Source: Candidatus Parvarchaeum sp. (GTDB lineage: Archaea > Nanobdellota > Nanobdellia > Parvarchaeales > Parvarchaeaceae). Taken from it: DNA of 34,911 bases. Within the stretch, counting starts at the first letter, position 1. Each line of letters opens with the position of its first letter. Of this stretch, positions 1-8,454 are shown piece after piece. Both the position numbers and the translations under genes were made by a program. The stretch covers positions 1 through 34,911 of the forward strand of contig JBMFWF010000010.1 of the NCBI GenBank assembly GCA_049965555.1. Reading direction: 5' to 3'. Under the pieces are notes generated by a model. That model had not been told where the DNA came from. It was given only the letters and a program-made list of their open reading frames with translations, and searched no databases.

Positions 1-123
1 GTAAAAGCGTTATCTGGTAGGGAACCTGCCAGTATGCTCGCAGAGCTTAGGCCTCTACAACGGAGAAATCCATTGCAAGCCAGAGTGTTGAAGCGAGAAG
101 CCCCATGCAAAAACTTGGGGTAG
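1..123 (+). CDS. tnpB: C-terminal tail of IS200/IS605-family TnpB (5'-truncated by window edge)
   Basis: Frame +1 reads VKALSGREPASMLAELRPLQRRNPLQARVLKREAPCKNLG* (TAG 121-123). This resembles archaeal TnpB tails (G..P....E.RPL....K.EAP....G*) that overlap the element right end. Confidence 0.75.
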   Translation, partial: VKALSGREPASMLAELRPLQRRNPLQARVLKREAPCKNLG

Positions 124-128
124 TTCAC
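1..128 (+). mobile_element. Right end of an IS200/IS605 (IS1341-like) element
   Basis: GAAGCCCC-n-GGGGTAGTTCAC signature: subterminal hairpin CCCCA(101-105)/TGGGG(116-120) followed by terminal TTCAC(124-128). Locally more GC-rich than the flanking DNA. Confidence 0.8.
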
Positions 129-150
129 GCAATTGCTGTTTATCATTGTT

Positions 151-1455
151 ATGGCAAGCAAAGTAATAGTTATAGGCGCTGGTGCAACAGGTTCTTTTAT
201 TACACATGATTTGGCTAGCAGGGGCTTTGATGTTATAGTTATAGAAAAAGGCAATATCATAGGAGGAACAAGCGGAAAATTCCACGGGATGCTCCACAGC
301 GGCGCCAGATATGCAATGAATGATGTGAAAGCAGCGCAGGAGAGCATAGAAGACAATAAAGTTATCTCCGATATAGCTCCTTTTTGTATAGAAAATACCG
401 GCGGGCTCTTTGTAGCTTTGAATGAAGATGATTTGTCTTTTCAAAGTAAATTTGAAAATGGGTGCAAACAATCCAATATTCCAATAGAATCCTTAAGCAT
501 AGAATCCGCTTTGAAAGAGGAGCCGTTTCTTAACAATTCAGTAAAGGCGGTGTATAGAGTTCCCGATAAAGTAATAAATTCGTTTAGATTCATAACGAGT
601 TTGCTCCTGACTGCAAAAAGAGAATCCGCAAAGGTTTTGTTGAATACAGAAGTATTGGAATTTATAAAAGAAGGAAATGATGTAAAGGGAGTTAAAATAA
701 AAAACAACAATACCGGACAGATCAGCGAGCTAAAAGCGGATTTAGTTGTAAATGCTAGCGGGGCCTGGGCATCAAAGCTAGTAGATGAAAAACTGGGGAT
801 AAAAAGCATAGAGATGATATTATCAGCAGGCACAATGGCAGTCATAAACAGAAGGTTTACGAAACATATAATAAACAGGCTGAGGGAGCCTTCTGATGGC
901 GATATAGTCGTGCCGTTTTTCAATGATTCAATAATAGGGACTACCGCATTTATCGTTGATGATCCCGAGAAGTTTGAAGTTGATAAGGAAGATATAAGTT
1001 TTCTTCAGAAAGCTGGAAGCGAAATGCTGCCGATTCTTGCAAATTACCCCGTTTACAGGTACTATGCAGGCGTAAGACCGCTAATAGCGGCGGGAGAAGA
1101 TGATGACAGCAGGAAAGCAAGCAGGGACTTCAAGATCTTTGATCATTCTACTACGGATAATGTAAATGGAATAATAAGCATAGTTGGAGGCAAATTGAGT
1201 ACTTCAAGGATAATGGCAAAGGAAATCGGCGATTTTATAGGGGGCAAACTCGGCAATAAAATCGAATCAAAAACCGATAAGATAAAGCTTTACTGGCCCG
1301 ATTTAAATAATGGAAATATAGATGAATTGTCTAAATCGCTTTCATTAAACAAGGAATTCCTTTATGAGATGATGAATGAATCAACGGGTAAAACCTACTC
1401 TGACATTTATTCAAATGCAAGGGACATATTATATTCGCGGATGTTGTTCAACTGA
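151..1455 (+). CDS. glpA: FAD-dependent glycerol-3-phosphate dehydrogenase (GlpA-like, short C-terminus)
   Basis: VIGAGATG FAD motif, GTSGKFHGMLHSGARY, SDGDI, AGVRPL, GGKLST. Start moved to ATG 151. Confidence 0.85.
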   Translation: MASKVIVIGAGATGSFITHDLASRGFDVIVIEKGNIIGGTSGKFHGMLHSGARYAMNDVKAAQESIEDNKVISDIAPFCIENTGGLFVALNEDDLSFQSKFENGCKQSNIPIESLSIESALKEEPFLNNSVKAVYRVPDKVINSFRFITSLLLTAKRESAKVLLNTEVLEFIKEGNDVKGVKIKNNNTGQISELKADLVVNASGAWASKLVDEKLGIKSIEMILSAGTMAVINRRFTKHIINRLREPSDGDIVVPFFNDSIIGTTAFIVDDPEKFEVDKEDISFLQKAGSEMLPILANYPVYRYYAGVRPLIAAGEDDDSRKASRDFKIFDHSTTDNVNGIISIVGGKLSTSRIMAKEIGDFIGGKLGNKIESKTDKIKLYWPDLNNGNIDELSKSLSLNKEFLYEMMNESTGKTYSDIYSNARDILYSRMLFN

Positions 1456-1456
1456 T

Positions 1457-1921
1457 ATGGAAATGAAAGGAAGTTTTACAGTAGATTACAATGTTGAAAA
1501 AGTTTGGGATATAATAGCAGATGCAAATAAATTTGCAAAATGCCTGCCCAATGTAGTTTCTACAGATGTAAACGGGGATAACTTTCAGCTGCAGTTCAAG
1601 GCAGACGCAAAAAAATATACCTCAAAGTTTCTCGGTGCAAGCTATCTTTCTAATCTTAATATCAAGTTTTCTGCACAATTGAAGGAAAAACAGGAAAACA
1701 AGCATATATTGATACAGGGAGACGGTTCTACAATAGGTTTGAAGTTTTCCCTTTCTCTTTACGTCGATTTGAGTGCACAAGATTCATCAACTAAAGTAGA
1801 TTGGAAAGCGGAGATAGAACTTGGCAGGATGGCGAAGCTTTTCGGAGAGGATGTTGTAAATCAGGCCGTGACCGATGTCGTGAATCAGACAATAGATAAT
1901 TTGAAGAACCTGCTTAAATGA
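1457..1921 (+). CDS. coxG: CoxG/SRPBCC (START-like) domain protein
   Basis: G.F.V....EKVW....D...FAKCLP pattern. ATG 1457 lies 1 nt after the glpA stop, so it is coupled. Confidence 0.75.
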   Translation: MEMKGSFTVDYNVEKVWDIIADANKFAKCLPNVVSTDVNGDNFQLQFKADAKKYTSKFLGASYLSNLNIKFSAQLKEKQENKHILIQGDGSTIGLKFSLSLYVDLSAQDSSTKVDWKAEIELGRMAKLFGEDVVNQAVTDVVNQTIDNLKNLLK

Positions 1922-1945
1922 TTTTGGTTAATCCCTAAAGCAATT

Positions 1946-3418
1946 ATGAAAGCGATTTTAAATGAAAAGGATGTAGATATAAATAGCAACTTTAAAAATG
2001 AAAACCTGATTCTTTCAGTTCTTGTAATAAGCGTATTGATGGCTTCTATAGATTCCACAATAGTTTTGCTTGCTTTTCCGGCTATAACCCAGGCTCTTCA
2101 CTCCAATCTTTCGACTATAATCTGGGTAATCCTAATATACCTGCTTGTTACGGCGGTTGCTGCTACTCAATTCGGCAGAATAGGGGATATCTTTGGAAGA
2201 TCAAGAATTTTTAATTCAGGCATAGCGATATTTACTATCTTTTCCTTTATGTGCGGAATTGCTCCAACGGATATTACTTTAATTATATTCAGGGGTTTCC
2301 AGGCCATGGGCGGTGCAATGATGACTGCTAACAGCGGGGCAATAATAGCAGATACTTTTAAGAGGGAAAAGCTTGGCAAAGCATATGGTTTTACCGGCAT
2401 GGGCTGGAATGTCGGAGCAATGTTAGGCATTGTCCTTGGAGGGGTAATAACTACTTTTATAGGGTACAGGTATATCTTTTTCATTAATGTTCCTATAGGG
2501 ATAGTTCTTTTGGTTCTTTCTCTCAAATATATAAAGGATGATAAAAGAGAGGATGAAAGACTTGATATAATAGGGATGAGCATTTTGGGCATAACCCTTT
2601 CAATGGTATTATATGCAGGTGTAAGAATAGCATCGGTTGGATTAAATTACACAAACATTTCCATTCTTATGGCGGGCTTCATTCTTCTAATTCCATTCTA
2701 TTTCAGGGAGAGGATCTTTGTCAATCCCGTGATAAAGTTTTCAATGTTCAAGAACAAGGTATTCAAGAATTCTGTTTTGGCATCTATGTTTCAGGGTTTA
2801 GGATTTATGGGAGTAGCATTCATGCTCATAATGTATTTGCAGGGAGTTAGGGGATTAAGCCCATTCAATGCATCTTTACTGCTTCTTCCAGGTTATGTAC
2901 TAAGCGGGGTTCTCTCTCCATTTATGGGAAGGTATTCGGATAGATACGGGGCAAGACTGCTTGCAACCCTCGGTCTTTTGGTAATGATATTGGGCATAAC
3001 CGTCTATTTTTTATTGACTGCAAGCTCAAGCGTATACATTGTACTCATAGGGTCAGCAATAACAGGTTTTGGCGGTTCGATGTTTTGGCCTGCTAATAAC
3101 AGTGCAGTCATGAAAAGCAGCGAAGCGGGCAGATTTGGAACTGCCTCCGGAATTTTAAGGCTGTTCGGAAGCATCGGCATAATGGGCAGTTTCATAATAG
3201 TTATAGTGACTGCAACACTGGCTATTCCAAGGTATCTTGCCTTTGAGATATTTGTAGGCACCTCTAAGTTGATAGGAGGTATAACAAATGGATTTATAAC
3301 AGGCATGCATTTTTCATTTGTATTTCTTATAATAATGCTTGTAATCGCGGCTGTGCTATCTCTCACAAGGGGAAATGAGAATGAGGCAAAGAAAGTAAAA
3401 ATAGCCACTTATAAGTAA
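1946..3418 (+). CDS. MFS drug/H+ antiporter, DHA2 (14-TM, EmrB/QacA-like)
   Basis: D.TIV.LA.P motif, GRIGDIFGRSR motif A, IFFINVPIG, about 14 hydrophobic segments. Confidence 0.9.
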   Translation: MKAILNEKDVDINSNFKNENLILSVLVISVLMASIDSTIVLLAFPAITQALHSNLSTIIWVILIYLLVTAVAATQFGRIGDIFGRSRIFNSGIAIFTIFSFMCGIAPTDITLIIFRGFQAMGGAMMTANSGAIIADTFKREKLGKAYGFTGMGWNVGAMLGIVLGGVITTFIGYRYIFFINVPIGIVLLVLSLKYIKDDKREDERLDIIGMSILGITLSMVLYAGVRIASVGLNYTNISILMAGFILLIPFYFRERIFVNPVIKFSMFKNKVFKNSVLASMFQGLGFMGVAFMLIMYLQGVRGLSPFNASLLLLPGYVLSGVLSPFMGRYSDRYGARLLATLGLLVMILGITVYFLLTASSSVYIVLIGSAITGFGGSMFWPANNSAVMKSSEAGRFGTASGILRLFGSIGIMGSFIIVIVTATLAIPRYLAFEIFVGTSKLIGGITNGFITGMHFSFVFLIIMLVIAAVLSLTRGNENEAKKVKIATYK

Positions 3419-3467
3419 TACAAAGCTTTAAATACTAGTTATCATCTAAATAAGGGAAGGTGAAAAT

Positions 3468-3947
3468 ATGAAACTAAGCGACATTTTAAAAAACGAAAAG
3501 GGAACAAAAAGCATTGGGAACAGCGGTTATTATGGACTTTATAACACATTTGAAAGACTAAAGAACAGCGAGATAAAGGAGAATCAGCTGGAAAGATACG
3601 CTAATTACATGCTCAAACACATAGATGGTTACACTCCCAGAGATTTGATTTACTTTGTTGGCACTAAAATTGAAGAGGCAAGTTCTAATGAAGAAAAGAA
3701 GCTTTTAAGCATCTATAATAAGGCAGCATGGAACAACATTGCAGATAAATACAGGATGGACAAGTTCTTTGAATCCGGGAAAACCGGTTATCTTTCAAAG
3801 ATAAAGGATTACCTGCTCGATAAATACGAAAAACTGTCAAACGGTTTGTATACTGTTATAGACAAGTACGCGTCAAAACTCAAAGGAAACGATGAGTACA
3901 GTGAAAGAAGCGATGGGTTAAAAATGGTGTACAGCGGAAGAAATTAA
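3468..3947 (+). CDS. Hypothetical protein
   Basis: 159-aa ORF with TTTAAATA box and GGAAGGTGA SD upstream. No family recognised. Confidence 0.7.
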   Translation: MKLSDILKNEKGTKSIGNSGYYGLYNTFERLKNSEIKENQLERYANYMLKHIDGYTPRDLIYFVGTKIEEASSNEEKKLLSIYNKAAWNNIADKYRMDKFFESGKTGYLSKIKDYLLDKYEKLSNGLYTVIDKYASKLKGNDEYSERSDGLKMVYSGRN

Positions 3948-4138
3948 CCGTGTCTGCGCATCGCAAAAAAGAAGAAAAAGAATACTAATACTTCGATTAC
4001 TATTATAAAAGAAATGGAAAGTAGCGAAGGGTTTTTTTGGAACCTGTTCGGAGCAACAAGAAAGACTATTATGAATGCGGTTACAAGTGAAGCAATTCCT
4101 GCAAAAATCGCATAAAAAATATCTTCTTTTTCTATCAT
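3944..4138 (-). CDS. Small two-TM membrane protein
   Basis: 64 aa with two hydrophobic helices. ATGA overlap with the helicase stop. Confidence 0.65.
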   Translation of the reverse strand: MIEKEDIFYAIFAGIASLVTAFIIVFLVAPNRFQKNPSLLSISFIIVIEVLVFFFFFFAMRRHG

Positions 4139-6855
4139 ACTTTTTTAGAAGGACTGTACTCTTCTTTCAACTTCTTGAATATTTCCTCATTTAAGCTGTC
4201 GGAATAATAGTACTTTTCAGTCGCTTTTTCAATTAATTTTTCCGGGTTTTCTTTATACTCCAAAAGCTGTAAAATATGCTTCTTGACAGTATCTATTTGC
4301 ATATCCTTTACCTTCTGGGTGTCCAATTCATATTCAAATTTTCCAGTGTTTATTTTTCCCGTTAAGTTTATGTATGCTATTGCAGTGTCTATATCCTTTT
4401 CATTGATCTTCTTTTCTATTGCAAAGAGTCTGCGGTAAAGAGCAAGCTGTCTTCTATGCTTAGACCCCTGGTCATCCGACCGATCTGTTTTGAAGTCTAT
4501 TATCAGGAATTTGTTCTTTTCCTTGTTAAAGAACACAGCATCAAGCTTCGCTGAAACCTTTAAATCAACTTTTATGTCCGGAAAAACTATTTCAAGAGGC
4601 ATTTCAATCGTTTTTTCTGCGTCCACTTCTTCTGCATTGTATTTTCTTTTTATTTCCTCCATAATGCTTATTATGTTCTGAAGGATTTTTTTCTGAGTCT
4701 CATTCAATTCCTCTTCTTTTAATGTATGTTTGAAGTAATCCTCGGCTATTTTGTGCGCGTTTAAACCGAATTTTGTGCTCTCTGTTACTTCACTTATTCC
4801 CAAAACCTTTGTTTTTATGAAATTTAAGGGATCTGACATCACATCAAGCAGCGAAAATGAAATGCTTTTGAGCTGGCTGAAATAGCTGTTTATCCGTTTT
4901 ACAAGCCATTTATCACTTTCTTCAAGTAAAGCCTTCGCTGCATCGTATTCCTTATTTACAAAAAGAGAGTATGCTTCAGCGTATTTTTTCTTGAAAGGAG
5001 CAGGCTCATCTTCCATTTCTGCAATGCTCTTTTCAATGAAACCTTCTATGTAGTAATCCTCGGAAATAGAGGGAGGAGTTACAACAAAAAGGTTTTCCTT
5101 TGCCCTTGTAAACGCAACAAAGTCTATTCTTATGCTTTCCTCGGCCAATTCTTCCTTGACATCCACTTCTTTTGTCTGTTTGATTATGGAGTTGGTTACT
5201 AAGTCAATAAAGCTCGTTTTATTGTTTTGTTTCTTAGGAACATAAACAACGTTGTCGAATTCTAAACCCTTTGCCTTATGAACGGTCGTAAGTATGAGTT
5301 TTTCCTGCTGGTCATTTGATTCATAGCTGTCCTCCGCCGTGTAAAGGTATACCAGCATATCCGAAAGGCTAGGCAGTTCATTGCTGTCCATATACTGGTT
5401 TATGTTTTCAAGCGTAGCAGCTGCACTTATGTAATAGTCATTATCCAATGCCACAGATATCGGCAGTATCGTTTCATTGAAAAGCTTGTTTATGTTGAAT
5501 ATATTCAGCTCTGCAGCGGCCTTTCTATCGAAAAATGGTTTTGCAAGCTTCTTTATCTCATCCATGCTTATCTCCTTTTTTCTATATCTTTCCTCTATTT
5601 CGAATGCCTTTTTAAGAGAAATCCCGGAAAAAGGGGTGAACAATGCTTTTAAAATGTCTTTTTCATCCGAATTGAATATGCCTTTCAAATAATCAATTAT
5701 TGAATTCTTTGCCCTAGTCGATACGGAAGCGCTTGCAGTTGTTGCGTATTTTACGTTCTTAGCGTCTAAAATACGGGAAATGCTTACTATCTGGTCATTG
5801 GTCCTTGTTATTATCGCCGCATTTTTCCCCTGCGAAACAAGGTCCATAGCAAGCTTTACAGCTATATCATCAACGTTGTTGCCTATCAACTGTTTTACGC
5901 TGCCGCCTTGCCCTTTATTGCTTTTAAAGGTTGACAATTCATCTTCATAGCTTTTATCCTTCGTTTTGCTTAAAAAATACTGCTTAGAATACTCGAGGAT
6001 TTCTCTGTAACTTCGGTAATTCAAACCTTTTGTCAGTTGCTCTAAGTTACTTAGTTTTTGAAATTCAATGAAGTTTTTTAGGCTACCTCCCTGGAAACCG
6101 AAGATGGATTGCTTTCTGTCTCCTACAAGAAACAGGTAATCCCCTAAAAGCCTAGCTATCTCTGCTTCTACGTCGTTTAAATCCTGTAGTTCATCCACTA
6201 ATACATACTTATAATGTTTTTTTAACGGATCATATCCAAGCAAAAATCTCTTCAAAAGATCATTGTAATCTATTTTAGTTTCTCCCTTTTCTCTTTCATA
6301 ATCCTTAAAAGCCGTTACAAAATAATCAAGAAAGGCGAGGATTTCTTCCACGCTTACGCTGCTCATATTCTCTAGAAAGGATTTGTTTATCAGCTCTTCT
6401 TTGGTCATTTTTATGTTTATTTCATCAGGAGTTATGCCAAAGCTTTTTATGTACCTTATTGAATTTTCTATCTTTGGAACCAATTCCTGTATTACATAAT
6501 CTCTGTCATAATTGAAAGCATTGTTCTTTTCAAAGCTCTTGAATATTGAAAATCTTATGAAGTTGTTGCTTACAAGCTCGTATTCTTTTCCCTGTTCTGA
6601 AAAATATGAATTGGATAGGCTGTGGAATGTAGAAATTGTTATTCCATTTATCCTTGAAACTTCCAAGTTATTCTCCTTTAATTTTTGGCTTATTTTTTCA
6701 AACATTTCGTCAACTGCCTTATTTGTAAAAGTTAAGCAAAGTATCTCTTTTTCGCTTACCCCATTTTTTATAAGTTCTATTACCCTCTCGGCTAATGAGG
6801 TTGTTTTCCCAGTACCTGGGTTAGCTTTTATAAGTATGTTTTTATTTAGATCCAT
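4135..6855 (-). CDS. UvrD/AddA-like SF1 helicase fused to C-terminal PD-(D/E)xK nuclease
   Basis: Helicase motifs ANPGTGKT, TFTNKA, TFHS, VDELQD, VGDRKQSIFGFQG, NYRS, TVHKAKGLEFD, VAFTRAK. Nuclease motifs KLDAV, IIDFKT, QLALY. Start ATG 6855 fits the TATA at 6876-6883. Confidence 0.9.
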   Translation of the reverse strand: MDLNKNILIKANPGTGKTTSLAERVIELIKNGVSEKEILCLTFTNKAVDEMFEKISQKLKENNLEVSRINGITISTFHSLSNSYFSEQGKEYELVSNNFIRFSIFKSFEKNNAFNYDRDYVIQELVPKIENSIRYIKSFGITPDEINIKMTKEELINKSFLENMSSVSVEEILAFLDYFVTAFKDYEREKGETKIDYNDLLKRFLLGYDPLKKHYKYVLVDELQDLNDVEAEIARLLGDYLFLVGDRKQSIFGFQGGSLKNFIEFQKLSNLEQLTKGLNYRSYREILEYSKQYFLSKTKDKSYEDELSTFKSNKGQGGSVKQLIGNNVDDIAVKLAMDLVSQGKNAAIITRTNDQIVSISRILDAKNVKYATTASASVSTRAKNSIIDYLKGIFNSDEKDILKALFTPFSGISLKKAFEIEERYRKKEISMDEIKKLAKPFFDRKAAAELNIFNINKLFNETILPISVALDNDYYISAAATLENINQYMDSNELPSLSDMLVYLYTAEDSYESNDQQEKLILTTVHKAKGLEFDNVVYVPKKQNNKTSFIDLVTNSIIKQTKEVDVKEELAEESIRIDFVAFTRAKENLFVVTPPSISEDYYIEGFIEKSIAEMEDEPAPFKKKYAEAYSLFVNKEYDAAKALLEESDKWLVKRINSYFSQLKSISFSLLDVMSDPLNFIKTKVLGISEVTESTKFGLNAHKIAEDYFKHTLKEEELNETQKKILQNIISIMEEIKRKYNAEEVDAEKTIEMPLEIVFPDIKVDLKVSAKLDAVFFNKEKNKFLIIDFKTDRSDDQGSKHRRQLALYRRLFAIEKKINEKDIDTAIAYINLTGKINTGKFEYELDTQKVKDMQIDTVKKHILQLLEYKENPEKLIEKATEKYYYSDSLNEEIFKKLKEEYSPSKKV

Positions 6856-6994
6856 TCTAATAATTGTGTACATTATTATAAAAGGTTTGTAATTTTTATT
6901 TTTTAGAAGCTAAAATTTTTGTCTGTAGAAAAATTTATAAATAAATTTGTATATATAATTATTATAGGGTATAAAATCTAAGGAGGTGGTTTGT

Positions 6995-7057
6995 ATGACT
7001 GCCAAAAAGGATTTTATAACGAGAATTTTAGTTTACTTCAAGAGTTTTAGAACATAA
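6995..7057 (+). CDS. 20-aa small ORF upstream of hsp20 (MTAKKDFITRILVYFKSFRT)
   Basis: Strong SD AGGAGGTGG at 6981-6989, ATG 6995, TAA 7055-7057, TATA-rich region upstream. Absent from the ORF track. Confidence 0.6.
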   Translation: MTAKKDFITRILVYFKSFRT

Positions 7058-7063
7058 CATCTT

Positions 7064-7077
7064 GGCCGGTTACGGCC
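7064..7077 (+). promoter_or_regulatory. GC-rich hairpin GGCCG-GTTA-CGGCC between the small ORF and hsp20
   Basis: Perfect 5-bp all-GC stem in AT-rich surroundings. Confidence 0.45.
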
Positions 7078-7119
7078 GCCTTAAATTTTAAATTGAATAA
7101 AGACAAGGAGGTGGTTTAT

Positions 7120-7533
7120 ATGAGAATAAAAGACTTGCAGCCAATAGACCCAATGGATTTAAATCCATTTCAGCAGCTCGATAGGTTGATCTCGGGTTTC
7201 GGGTTTAATTTCAATTACCCGAGAGTCGACATTTTGGATGAAAAAGACAAAGTCAAAGTAGTTGCAGATCTACCAGGTGTGGGCAAAGAAGACATAAAGC
7301 TTAAGATAGAGGAAGACAGGCTCATAATAAGAGCGAATACACAAAAAGAAGTAGAAGAGAAGAAAGAGAATTATTATAGGGTGGAAAGAAACTCCGCAGG
7401 GTACTACAGAGAGATTCCTTTGCCCGCACCTGTCCAAAAGGAAGGAAGCAAGGCAAGCTTTAAGAATGGAGTACTAACTGTGGAGCTGCTAAAGAAGAAA
7501 GGTTTAGAAGACAACGACATAAAAATCGAGTAA
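7120..7533 (+). CDS. hsp20: Small heat-shock protein (Hsp20/alpha-crystallin)
   Basis: PRVDI, ADLPGV.KEDI, YYRVER..G.Y.R.I.LP, ASFKNGVLTV. SD AGGAGGTGG precedes ATG 7120. Confidence 0.95.
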   Translation: MRIKDLQPIDPMDLNPFQQLDRLISGFGFNFNYPRVDILDEKDKVKVVADLPGVGKEDIKLKIEEDRLIIRANTQKEVEEKKENYYRVERNSAGYYREIPLPAPVQKEGSKASFKNGVLTVELLKKKGLEDNDIKIE

Positions 7534-7562
7534 TTTTTGTTTTATTTTTTTATTCTTTTTTT
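7534..7562 (+). terminator. Oligo-T archaeal-type terminator
   Basis: Several T runs directly after the hsp20 stop. Confidence 0.55.
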
Positions 7563-7599
7563 GATAAAAGTTTATAATTAATAAGATTTAGTTTAAAAT

Positions 7600-8184
7600 A
7601 TGGAAAGAAAAGTTTACACTGAAATAAGGGAAATTGTAAATTCAGAGCACACTGCATTAATCGTGTGGGATGTTCAGAGGATGCTAGTCGATAACATATA
7701 CAATAAGGAAGAATTTCTTAAAAACATTAATGAGCTTATAGGGATGGCAAGAAATAAAGGAATGCCAATATTCTTTACAAAGATTACTCCATTACCGAAG
7801 GAATTTGAGTCTCCTGCTAGAAAATATTCATCAAGCAAGATGAAGTTCAACATGTCACAGATACCAAAGGAGATGTTTGACCTAGCTATTGAAACTAAGG
7901 CCAATGAAATAATCATAAACAAAAACACTGCAAGCATATTTATAGGCACAAATTTTGAGCTCATGTGCAGAAATGCCGGCATAGAGACTCTAGTAATAGC
8001 AGGAATAGCAACTGAAATAGGAGTTGAATCTACAGCAAGAGATGCAGCAAACAGGGGTTTTTATGTAGTTGTAGCTTCTAATGCCTCTTCATCCAGTGAC
8101 AAAGAAGCTCATGAAAGATCGATACAGAACATGAAAAAGCTTTTTGATGTTTTGTCAACCGAAGAGATAATTAAGGCGCTTTGA
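7600..8184 (+). CDS. Isochorismatase-family cysteine-hydrolase-fold protein
   Basis: TALIVWDVQ, K..ASIF.GT, GIATEIGVESTARDA..RG. Confidence 0.9.
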   Translation: MERKVYTEIREIVNSEHTALIVWDVQRMLVDNIYNKEEFLKNINELIGMARNKGMPIFFTKITPLPKEFESPARKYSSSKMKFNMSQIPKEMFDLAIETKANEIIINKNTASIFIGTNFELMCRNAGIETLVIAGIATEIGVESTARDAANRGFYVVVASNASSSSDKEAHERSIQNMKKLFDVLSTEEIIKAL

Positions 8185-8434
8185 TGGCCTCAAAGAAAAA
8201 CCGTTATTGTGACAAAATAAAAGGGATATATAGAGAAACTACAAGGTTTTAGGCTTGATAAACGATTTTATGATAGGGTTGGAGTTTTTAATAGGCAGCA
8301 TAGGATTTCTGCCTAGGCACTTAAATACAAGGGGTTTATCTCTTTATTTTAGCAGTTTTTAAATATTGTTAGTTCCCGCAATAAAAATACCAAGAGGCTT
8401 ACATATTAAACTCAGATTAAAAAACAATAAATAG
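8184..8434 (+). pseudogene. YrhK-like small membrane protein pseudogene
   Basis: Joined frames give MASKK...NYKVLGLINDFMIGLEFLIGSIGFLP...GVYLFIL/SF*ILLVPAIKIPRGLHIK, resembling the YrhK pattern (NDF..G..FLIGS..F....G..LF..GS.Q). Frameshifts near 8230, 8330 and 8351, with an in-frame TAA at 8360. Confidence 0.6.
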
Positions 8435-8454
8435 AATCAGCAACTTAATAGACT

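Larger units (their letters stand above)
1..148 (+). ncRNA. Probable TnpB omegaRNA/reRNA: scaffold to 128 plus flanking guide (~129-148, GCAATTGCTGTTTATCATTG); 5' end uncertain
   Basis: Established architecture: the omegaRNA overlaps the tnpB 3' end and right end, and the guide is the host DNA just outside the element. Confidence 0.6.

Noticed and set aside
1376-1456. Longer upstream starts given by the ORF track (also 133, 6873, 7093, 18455, 25115, 26397, 27052, 30562, 34773)
   Set aside because: Downstream ATGs fit domain boundaries, SD sites or the TATA-to-ATG spacing better.
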